The notes beneath the pieces are model-generated. The model searched no databases, was not told the DNA's origin, and saw only the letters and a list, made by a program, of their open reading frames with translations. This document shows positions 1-7,044 of a DNA stretch of 20,349 nucleotides, piece after piece; position 1 is the stretch's first letter, and every line of letters begins with the position of its first letter. This DNA is from an uncultured bacterium (GTDB taxonomy: Bacteria; Muiribacteriota; UBA6191): positions 1 through 20,349 of the forward strand of contig CAZDAM010000063.1 of assembly GCA_964503595.1 (NCBI GenBank), read 5' to 3'. A program made the position numbers and the translations under genes.

Positions 1-160
1 ATGGCGGCATCAGCGCGTCGAAAAGGCTGTGGATCGCATTCTTTTTGGCTTGAGCGAAGAAGGGGCTGGTTTTCACGGTCAGTTCGTGGTGGGAAGCACC
101 CCTATACCGTGGTAGAATGAAGCTTCTTGCAGGTAGCAGAGCGGAGTACGGAGTCGCAGT

Positions 161-1159
161 ATGAAACCATCCATTCTGAGTTCGGCTGAACAGAAGTTTG
201 TTCAGGAACGCATCCTTGGTGTGCGTCGACAGCAATTGGAAGGGCTCAGTCAGGATCATGTCCTGGCGGAATTTTTAGCTACCTGTGCCACGGAAAGTGT
301 AATTGTAGCCTTTGAAAAGGATGGAACCAGGGTTGCCTGGAGCCAGAAAACCGGCTTTGAGGTTCAATTCGCTCCCGACTTCCTGAATGATAACGCTCAG
401 CTGGCCCAGTGCTTCCTTAAGGTGCGAAAAGCGTTTTTTGAGGATCTTCTGGACGAAGAAGCCCTGAAAAGTCTGGTCGGTACCAGAGTTTCAGAAGGTG
501 CTTCGGCAATGAAATTCGAGACTTCTGTTCCCCAGGCGGCAGAACCGGTTGCCGAGGAAGCTGCCCCAGAACCAGAACCAGAACCAGAACCAGAAATGGT
601 CGAAGAAGAATTGGTTGAGGTTGAAGGGGAAGAGGAACTTCTTGAGGAAGTCGCTCTTTTCGGGGACGAAGAAGAGCCGGTAGCTGAGGAGGAAGCAACT
701 TCTGAATCAGACGAGGCTTTGGCTGAAGAAGCACCTTCTGAAGATGTGGCAGGGCCGATTCCGGAAGAGGCTTTGACTGATCTTGAGGATGATTTTGATC
801 CGGATGCCATGCTGGCAGCTGTCAGCGATGCCAACAGTACGATTGAAATTGATGAAGACGCTGCCCTGGCAGCGGATGAGTTCTCCAATCTCTCGGCTGG
901 GGACGATGAGGTTCACGGGGCTCATCACATCGAGGAAGCGCCTGTCGTGGAAGAACCTGAAGCTTCTGCTGAGGCTGAGCCCGAAAGCCCTGGAGAGCCG
1001 GAAGCTCCTGTATCCAGCGGGGATCCGATTGAAGACTTGAAAGCTGAAATGATTGCCAAGGGTATGGATGAGGCTAAAATGAACAAGCTTCTGACCGCCG
1101 TGAAATCAGGTCGGGCTACGGTCGATGCCGTACGCCAGACCCTGCAAAGAGCAGGTTAA
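161..1159 (+). CDS. Hypothetical highly acidic protein. It has a folded N-terminal domain of about 120 aa, a long Glu/Asp/Pro/Ala-rich disordered linker and a short helical C-terminal module.
   Basis: ATG at 161 has GGAGT 7 nt upstream. The 332-aa ORF has strongly skewed composition, including an (EP)5 run encoded by ccagaa x5. The antisense ORFs at 397-928 are low-complexity mirror artefacts of the same stretch. Confidence 0.6.
   Translation: MKPSILSSAEQKFVQERILGVRRQQLEGLSQDHVLAEFLATCATESVIVAFEKDGTRVAWSQKTGFEVQFAPDFLNDNAQLAQCFLKVRKAFFEDLLDEEALKSLVGTRVSEGASAMKFETSVPQAAEPVAEEAAPEPEPEPEPEMVEEELVEVEGEEELLEEVALFGDEEEPVAEEEATSESDEALAEEAPSEDVAGPIPEEALTDLEDDFDPDAMLAAVSDANSTIEIDEDAALAADEFSNLSAGDDEVHGAHHIEEAPVVEEPEASAEAEPESPGEPEAPVSSGDPIEDLKAEMIAKGMDEAKMNKLLTAVKSGRATVDAVRQTLQRAG
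566..595 (+). repeat. Perfect hexanucleotide microsatellite (ccagaa)x5 inside the acidic-protein CDS, encoding EPEPEPEPEP.
   Basis: Direct reading shows five tandem ccagaa units. They are in frame, so slippage would change the EP-repeat number without a frameshift. Confidence 0.9.
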
Positions 1160-1221
1160 GCAGTCTCATTCAAGAGCAGAAAGAAGTTCTACCTGCTATG
1201 ATTTCTTTGGGCAGGTGAAAA

Positions 1222-1593
1222 ATGCGAAAAAAACTGATTCGTTTTGACTGGGCGATCAAGAAAATCTTTCGTGAAGTCTCCGCTCTTTACCCTGAATACC
1301 GGCTGATCAATGTGGCCCGTTTCAATGAAATCGCCCGGGTTCCGCTCGATGAACGGATTCATTTCTTAAAAACGGAAGAGATCAAGCCTGATTCTCAGGC
1401 TCCGGGTCTTCTGGATGTGGCCGAAGCCCTAAGCGTTTTAAAGCTCTCCGATAAGGACAGCCGTGCCTCCACTTTGGCCCTTCAGGATGGGATTCTATCT
1501 GAGGAACAGTTCAGGCATAAAATAAGGGAGAATCTAGGTCGGGGTTTTGATGATCTGGTGTATTCCTATCTTGAACCTTTGGAGGAAAAATGA
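1222..1593 (+). CDS. Hypothetical 123-aa protein with a C-terminal SHOCT-like motif (LALQDGILSEEQFRHKIRENL). It is the first gene of a coupled four-gene operon.
   Basis: ATG at 1222 follows AGGTGA. Its stop TGA (1591-1593) overlaps the ATG (1590) of the next gene. The L-x-x-G-x-L-S-x-E-E-F-x-x-K pattern resembles the SHOCT short C-terminal domain. Confidence 0.5.
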   Translation: MRKKLIRFDWAIKKIFREVSALYPEYRLINVARFNEIARVPLDERIHFLKTEEIKPDSQAPGLLDVAEALSVLKLSDKDSRASTLALQDGILSEEQFRHKIRENLGRGFDDLVYSYLEPLEEK

Positions 1594-2057
1594 TTGTTCT
1601 GGAAGAAGAACCGCTTCGGATTTTTCTACTCTGCGCCTTTATGGTTGCTGGTCTCAGCTCCAAGCTGATTCTGAATTCCCTGCTTCAGGCGATCAATCGA
1701 TACTGGTCTTTTCGTCGCCGTAAAGAGGGTTGGGAACCGCCGGAGCCGGAATCTGTCCACAAGGGATTTGCTCCACTTGGTTCGGAAATCATGCAGGAGC
1801 GCCTCAAAATGGTCTGGCGCAATGATCTGGAAAACTTTGTTCCGTTCTCAGGACTTTTTCTTTTCAGCGCTATGATGCTCTTGCCCCAGCATCTGCTTCA
1901 GGCCGTTCTGGCCATTTTTCTTGGAACACGCTTCTTGCATACACTGTCCCTTTTGGGGGGACTGCTTCCGCTAAGGGTTCTGTGCTATATCACCGGCCTG
2001 ATTCTTCAGATCCTGATGGTGCATTACATCCTTCTCGTGATTGCCTTTTTAAGCTGA
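1590..2057 (+). CDS. MAPEG-family (MGST/FLAP/LTC4S-like) integral membrane protein, 155 aa with about four TM helices.
   Basis: GGAGGA sits just upstream and the start overlaps the previous stop (ATGA). Hydrophobic helices flank the motif QERLKMVWRNDLENFVPF, which matches the MAPEG signature E-R-x-x-x-x-x-x-N-D-x-E-N-x-x-P-F (compare MGST1 ERVRRAHLNDLENIIPF). Confidence 0.6.
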   Translation: MIVLEEEPLRIFLLCAFMVAGLSSKLILNSLLQAINRYWSFRRRKEGWEPPEPESVHKGFAPLGSEIMQERLKMVWRNDLENFVPFSGLFLFSAMMLLPQHLLQAVLAIFLGTRFLHTLSLLGGLLPLRVLCYITGLILQILMVHYILLVIAFLS

Positions 2058-2059
2058 AG

Positions 2060-2494
2060 ATGAAATATAAATCTCCTCCTTTGAGAAAGAAGAATCCCGG
2101 TATGAAGATTGATGATTCGATTTCTCAACAGGATCGCCAGAGTCTTTGTGACAAGGTTCAGTATGTGGGAAACCCGGTGCATAAACGGAATCCGGGTGAT
2201 TTTGGCCTTATTCCTCCCAGTGCAGCGAAATATCCTAAGACACTTTGTGATCCTACGGGTATTTTTCGCAAGGAAGATGCGTTGAAGGTCATGCAGGATG
2301 GAATTCGCCACGGGCTTGTAAGTCAGAGTTATGAGGGGGAGTTTCCCCGCCTTGTCTGGGGTATTCATCATCATGGCGAGAGCTGTTTTGTGCTTGAGTT
2401 TCGTTTGGATTCAGTTCAGGGAACTTATCATGGATATCCTTTGCAGAAGATGGATGCTCGTTATCAGGAAGTTTTGAAGAAATGGAAAAACTGA
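2060..2494 (+). CDS. Hypothetical 144-aa Cys/His-containing protein (SLCD..TLCD..GIHHHGESC) with no recognisable family. The start is uncertain; ATG 2102 is an alternative.
   Basis: The ORF-track version (1982) overlaps the MAPEG gene by 76 nt. An internal ATG at 2060 lies 2 nt after the MAPEG stop, and another at 2102 has a purine-rich upstream. The 3' end overlaps the next gene by 13 nt. Confidence 0.4.
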   Translation: MKYKSPPLRKKNPGMKIDDSISQQDRQSLCDKVQYVGNPVHKRNPGDFGLIPPSAAKYPKTLCDPTGIFRKEDALKVMQDGIRHGLVSQSYEGEFPRLVWGIHHHGESCFVLEFRLDSVQGTYHGYPLQKMDARYQEVLKKWKN

Positions 2495-3759
2495 GTTTTT
2501 TGATTGACTGGCTGAATCCAGACCCGGCTGAAAAAAAATTGCTTTTGTCTTCGACAATGGCAGATTTTGGCTTGCGAGGGATGGGAAAAGATTTTTTTTC
2601 ACATCTGAATAGCCTGGATGGTGGCAAGAGAGTTCAGTCGAGGTTACAGACTTCTCTATATCTGGTAGGTGACTGGTTGTCCGAACATTTCTGGCGTATG
2701 GCATATGAACCTGCCAAAGGATATGATTTAGCTGAATCTTCTTATGATTGGTTAAGGGCTCATTGCATGGTTTCAATTGGCAGGGGGTATTGTTGGCCTC
2801 ATCTGTTTTTTTATGGAGATGGAGATTCAGTAACTGCTGAGCTAAAAAATTTTCCAAAAGAATCTGTGATTCCTCTTCACTTTATAGAGGAGGGAAGTGT
2901 CCAGATTTCTCATCAGGAGTTTTTTACTTTGGTGTTGGAGTTTCTGGGAAAAATTCAGGAGAGATTGAAAAGTCAGAAGCTTTCAGATGAAGGTTTTTCT
3001 TTGGATCTGAAAAGCCTTATAGAAGAATGGAAAGATATAGATTTTCATCAGTATCGTCGTTTGGAAGCCTGTATGGGATTGGGGATTGATGAAAATCCTG
3101 ATTTTGTAGGAAGCGTTTTATCCCTTTTTGATGAATCTTCCAGGCTGGAAGATGTCTGTGAAATTGTGAGTGATGTCAATTTGGATAGTTCTGGGTTAGC
3201 ACAACTTCAGGATACTTTTCAGATTTTGCGAGATAAAGCAAATTGTGATGTTTCGGTCCTGAAAAACTGGGATACATCTGGTGCAAAACCTTCGATTCAT
3301 ACTGCTTATCAGTGGGCCAGGATTCTAAGGGAAAAACTGGACATTGATTCAGGGGCGGTTTCTGAAAAGCATTTTTCCGATCTTTTACAACTCCAGGTTG
3401 GCAAGGGCTTGGAGAAATTACCAGAAAATGCATGCTTTGGTATGGGGGAATTTCAGCCGGATGGCAAGGGATCCCTTGTTCTGACAAAAAAGCACCCAAG
3501 CAGTAAGCGTTTTCAGTTAGCGCGGCTCATTGGAGATTTTGTGATGTCTCATCAGGATTCCAGTCTGCACATAGCGGGAGAAACCTATTCCATGCGTCAA
3601 AAGATGCAAAGAGCCTTTGCCGCAGAGTTTTTGTGCCCGGCAGCTGAGCTTGAATCTTCCTATGATCCCCGCAACCGGGAGGATTTTATTTCTTCCAAAG
3701 CGATAGAGTATTCCGTATCAGAACTCGTGATTCAGCATCAGGTAGACAATTCATTTTAG
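2482..3759 (+). CDS. Hypothetical 425-aa protein with a C-terminal ImmA/IrrE (DUF955)-like module in which the HEXXH and downstream Glu zinc-ligand positions are all substituted, so it is a predicted pseudo-metallopeptidase.
   Basis: ATG at 2482 has AGGAAG upstream and overlaps the upstream gene's end. The C-terminal KRFQLARLIGDFVMSH ... QRAFAAEFLCP aligns to the ImmA/IrrE pattern rFTLAHELGHlllH ... E-ANaFAAELLMP, with H>R, E>L, H>D and E>Q/R at the ligand positions. Confidence 0.65.
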   Translation: MEKLSFLIDWLNPDPAEKKLLLSSTMADFGLRGMGKDFFSHLNSLDGGKRVQSRLQTSLYLVGDWLSEHFWRMAYEPAKGYDLAESSYDWLRAHCMVSIGRGYCWPHLFFYGDGDSVTAELKNFPKESVIPLHFIEEGSVQISHQEFFTLVLEFLGKIQERLKSQKLSDEGFSLDLKSLIEEWKDIDFHQYRRLEACMGLGIDENPDFVGSVLSLFDESSRLEDVCEIVSDVNLDSSGLAQLQDTFQILRDKANCDVSVLKNWDTSGAKPSIHTAYQWARILREKLDIDSGAVSEKHFSDLLQLQVGKGLEKLPENACFGMGEFQPDGKGSLVLTKKHPSSKRFQLARLIGDFVMSHQDSSLHIAGETYSMRQKMQRAFAAEFLCPAAELESSYDPRNREDFISSKAIEYSVSELVIQHQVDNSF

Positions 3760-4955
3760 GGAGCCTGAATGATCATGTTTTCCACAACGAAGTTGGTGAC
3801 AACAGGTTGCTGAAACTGGGAGAAATTCAGCTGGGGTAAATCAAAAGTGGCCTTCAGGGAAACTCCCTTGAAGAAGTCTGCAGTTCCACCTGCTTTTGTA
3901 ATATAGGGCTGAATGGCGAAGTCCAGCCTCTGGGGCGAGTTGGAGCTAGCTCCATCCGTGGCATCACCATACCCTCCACTGGAATTCGGTGCATTGGTAA
4001 TAGATGCACTGTTTCCGGCAATCGTCCGGTAGCCGGCTGAGATGGAGGCGTTCAAAGGGATATAGGCTCCCATATTGCCCGCGGTTTCCGTTCTGATTTC
4101 AAAAGAAGGAGTATTGGCATAGGCATAATGCTCATTCGGGTTGGCTTGATTTCTCAGATCAAAACTGAAATTTCCGTTATAGCTCTGCAATTGGGAGAGC
4201 TGGGAGAGCTGAATCTTCAAAGCATCCGGCCAGTCGGCAAGATTAAAATCGGTCACAGGACTGATATAGGCAGTGGATCCCACAATTTTGGAAATGTAGC
4301 CGGGCTTGTCGCCAATTGCAATCTGGGGACGGTTCAGGCGGGAGGCACCACTTCTTGAAATGATGTCAAAGGTATTGGAAGGTCCCATGGCAATCCAGTA
4401 GGCCCGGTTTGGAGTCAGCTCCACCAGAGGGGAAACAGAAGTCAGGGAATTATAGAACTGGGTGGAAAGCTGATTTGGAGAATGGATGAAACCAAGCCAG
4501 CGGTTGCCTTCCACGGTCATAATGGCGTGAATATGACCAAGAGATGCGTGCTGGGCCACAAATGCCGAAGTGCTGATGGTGGTCTGGGTCAAAGCCCGAA
4601 GCTGCCAGCCATACCTGTATTCCAGGGCAGGGAAAGCTTCTGTACTACAGCCTGAATCCATGGCATAAGTCCATTCCTGATTCGCGGAGACATAGTAGCC
4701 GTCATAGGCCTTGAGGGATTGGATTGCGTTGTATGAAGTAGCGGTAGGAGTGCTGTTTCCGGAATAGTGCGTAAAAATGCGCGAAGTTCGGGATATATGC
4801 CAGGCCGAGGTGATTTTGGAGGCTCCGGCACCAAAGGCTGCTGTTGCGGTTCGCGTACAGGGCAGACTTACCAGGGTGGTTCCCGTGGGAAGGGCTGCTG
4901 TCTGGGTGATCCCGGAAAACAGCAGGCCGATAAGAGTGATGATGAAGCGATGCAT
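3756..4955 (-). CDS. Secreted Ser/Thr/Asn/Gly/Tyr-rich protein (399 aa), probably beta-rich, of unknown function.
   Basis: ATG at 4955 has AGAGGAA 5 nt upstream. The N-terminus MHRFIITLIGLLFSGITQTAALP is a signal peptide. Its stop overlaps the stop of the convergent 2482-3759 gene by 4 nt. Confidence 0.65.
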   Translation of the reverse strand: MHRFIITLIGLLFSGITQTAALPTGTTLVSLPCTRTATAAFGAGASKITSAWHISRTSRIFTHYSGNSTPTATSYNAIQSLKAYDGYYVSANQEWTYAMDSGCSTEAFPALEYRYGWQLRALTQTTISTSAFVAQHASLGHIHAIMTVEGNRWLGFIHSPNQLSTQFYNSLTSVSPLVELTPNRAYWIAMGPSNTFDIISRSGASRLNRPQIAIGDKPGYISKIVGSTAYISPVTDFNLADWPDALKIQLSQLSQLQSYNGNFSFDLRNQANPNEHYAYANTPSFEIRTETAGNMGAYIPLNASISAGYRTIAGNSASITNAPNSSGGYGDATDGASSNSPQRLDFAIQPYITKAGGTADFFKGVSLKATFDLPQLNFSQFQQPVVTNFVVENMIIQAP

Positions 4956-5075
4956 GGTATGTTCCTCTAAGAGCTTTTTTTAGGCTGACAGTGTACCGTA
5001 TTTGTAAATATTTCAAAAAAACAAGTTTGACCTGCTCGACGGATTTTACAAGTGGGGCATTCATGAGGGTGGAAA

Positions 5076-6983
5076 TTGGCTAAGCTGCGCGAAATGGAAA
5101 TCACCCTGGAGCCTGATTGGGTCGGGGATATTTTTGCCCTGCTGCCAGCAGATTTTTCCTGGGACAGGCTGCATTTTCTTCATTTTCAGAAAAGTGGTCT
5201 TTCGGAGTGGCTGGCCCAGCGCGAGGAAATTCTCTACGCCTTTGAGCGATCCTACCCACGTCTCCACGAAATCGTTTTTGATCCCCGCTATCAATCGGGT
5301 GCTCTTTGTCGGTACCAGGTGTCAGGGCATCCATTGGCAGATTCCAGAGTCATGGAGGAGAGCAATTATCAGCCTCCGGGAATGCTTGGATTCACCAATC
5401 AGACTCACTGGTCCGTGCTTCCTCCTTTATTGAAAAAGGGAGATGTATTTGAGTCGGGGGTGCTTCTGAATACTCACTCGATGAGGTCTTTTCCTCCTGC
5501 CTTCTACCGTAATTTTCAGATGAATTCTCCTTATGGGCTCTGGGTTGCGGTTTTGATTTCCAAGGAGATTGTAGAAGAGTTTCGGATTCATCCCTGGAAT
5601 CTGAGCTTTCTCATCGAAGGAGCAGAGATTGAGGAGGGGCAAGTATGGGTTTTTGAAATTCCGGGAGCCTCATTCATGAACGAGGAAAATCCTGAATTAT
5701 TGGGTCTTGATGATGATGAGTCAAGGCCACGGGTTCAGGTGAGCCGCATTTTGAACTGGCAGACCTGCCAGGAGTGGATGCGTCGGGAAGTCTGTTGGGA
5801 GAAGGAGCCCTGGAAGGAAGAGCTCGGGATTCCTGATGAGCTTCAGTCCGATTTGTTGGAGGAGGAGTCCCTGGAAGCCCAGGCGAGTCTTCTAACCCGC
5901 TATGTGGCAGAAGGGATTCGAAGCTTTGCAACGGGGCTGTCCTTTGAAGCCTGGCCAAATGAAGTGCTCAGGCGGGGTTATGGGAATCCTCTGGAAAAGG
6001 CTGTTTTGCTGAAGGCTTTGCTGGTTCAGCATCAGATTCCCTGCACTCTCATGATGGCTTCGGTCAATGCCAGTTCCATGGTGCCTTCCGAGTTGCCTCA
6101 TCTGGACTTTCCAAGGCCTCTGGTGAGCGTGGAGCTGACTCCGGGGCAGCGAAAAATTCTGGATCCTTCGATTCCGATCTGGGCTGGGCTTCGCAGTGAA
6201 CGGCACTGGGCAGGAGCGGAGATTCTACCTCTGGAGTCCAGTACGGTTCTGAAGCCGTTTCGGCTTTGGGTCTCTCCTTCGGAAGGCTCCAGTCTGAAAT
6301 GGGAGATTCAGTGGAAGGCCAGCGCCAGGGATGATGAGCTGGATTGGGTTCAGATTCGTGAAACTCTGGGAGGGGTAGAAGCGCGTCGTATTTTTGAACG
6401 CTGGGGTAAATGGGATTTGAAGGAGCTTGGCAACCATCGCCAGCAGGAACTCGATTTCTGTTTTATCCGGGGTTCGGAATTCAAACTCAAGCGCATCACT
6501 TTGGAGCGGGACGGGGAGTTTGCGATTCTTCAGATTGAAGGGGAGCTTCACCGGGGATTTCAGATTCTTTCCAACGGAAACCGGGTCCGGGGTTTCTGGT
6601 TTGCTCCGATTCGAGGGTATTTTCATACTCTCTATGGCAATGGAACCCGTACCAGAGGAATTCGCTGTGAGCCACTTGCCATGGAAATGGAGCTTGAATT
6701 TCAGCATTCCCAGATGGTTGAGATTCCGGTGGATCCGTTTCAGTGGTCGTATGAGGGTATGGATTTGACCTGGTCTCAGAAGTTTGAGGCCCCACAAAAA
6801 AAATCCCGGGCTGTGATGAATCTGGAAGTCAATCGCTTCAATCTTTCTCATGAGGCCTATTCTTCTCAGATGGAGCGGTTCAAGAACTGGGCGGATTCGG
6901 GTCTGCCGTTTTTCTGGGAATCCCGGCCCCCGATGCTGCGTCGGGTGATTGATTCCTGGAAGAATCTGTTCGGGATGAATTAA
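5076..6983 (+). CDS. Large cytoplasmic protein (about 635 aa) with a transglutaminase-like (papain-fold) core flanked by N- and C-terminal domains. The catalytic Cys position is occupied by Pro, so it is predicted to be non-catalytic.
   Basis: TTG at 5076 has GAGGGTGG 8 nt upstream; ATG 5094 is the alternative start. RRGYGNPLEKAVLLKALLVQHQIPCTLM matches the transglutaminase-like/DUF3858-type pattern G-x-G-x-C-x-D-x-A-x-L-L-x-A-L-L-R-A-x-G-I-P-A-R with C>P. There is no signal peptide. Confidence 0.55.
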   Translation: MAKLREMEITLEPDWVGDIFALLPADFSWDRLHFLHFQKSGLSEWLAQREEILYAFERSYPRLHEIVFDPRYQSGALCRYQVSGHPLADSRVMEESNYQPPGMLGFTNQTHWSVLPPLLKKGDVFESGVLLNTHSMRSFPPAFYRNFQMNSPYGLWVAVLISKEIVEEFRIHPWNLSFLIEGAEIEEGQVWVFEIPGASFMNEENPELLGLDDDESRPRVQVSRILNWQTCQEWMRREVCWEKEPWKEELGIPDELQSDLLEEESLEAQASLLTRYVAEGIRSFATGLSFEAWPNEVLRRGYGNPLEKAVLLKALLVQHQIPCTLMMASVNASSMVPSELPHLDFPRPLVSVELTPGQRKILDPSIPIWAGLRSERHWAGAEILPLESSTVLKPFRLWVSPSEGSSLKWEIQWKASARDDELDWVQIRETLGGVEARRIFERWGKWDLKELGNHRQQELDFCFIRGSEFKLKRITLERDGEFAILQIEGELHRGFQILSNGNRVRGFWFAPIRGYFHTLYGNGTRTRGIRCEPLAMEMELEFQHSQMVEIPVDPFQWSYEGMDLTWSQKFEAPQKKSRAVMNLEVNRFNLSHEAYSSQMERFKNWADSGLPFFWESRPPMLRRVIDSWKNLFGMN

Positions 6984-6995
6984 AACCAGGGAATG

Positions 6996-7031
6996 AAAAA
7001 AAGCCCCACCAGACTGGCGAGGCTGATTTTT
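6996..7031. terminator. Candidate bidirectional intrinsic terminator between the convergent genes 5076-6983 and 7045-8745.
   Basis: An A7 tract precedes the imperfect GC hairpin GCCCCACCAGACUGGCGAGGC, which is followed by UGAUUUUU. The stem has bulges, so this is a modest call. Confidence 0.3.
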
Positions 7032-7044
7032 CAACAGAAGTGAA

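Noticed and set aside
1-120. ATG-initiated 39-codon frame at the window edge (ending TGA 118-120)
   Set aside because: It is too short and has no recognisable similarity. It is probably the tail of an upstream gene in some frame or non-coding, and cannot be resolved from this window. A TGgTAGAAT extended -10-like element at 110-118 may belong to the promoter of the 161 gene, but the -35 is poor.
397-928. Minus-strand ORFs (163, 105 and 73 aa) inside the acidic-protein gene
   Set aside because: They are mirror images of the Glu/Asp/Ala-rich codon repeats and give Ser/Leu/Pro-rich low-complexity products. They are antisense artefacts.
6225-7034. 269-aa minus-strand ORF
   Set aside because: Almost all of it sits inside and antisense to the 5076-6983 gene. 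It is Pro/Arg-rich with shadow-ORF composition and has no SD.
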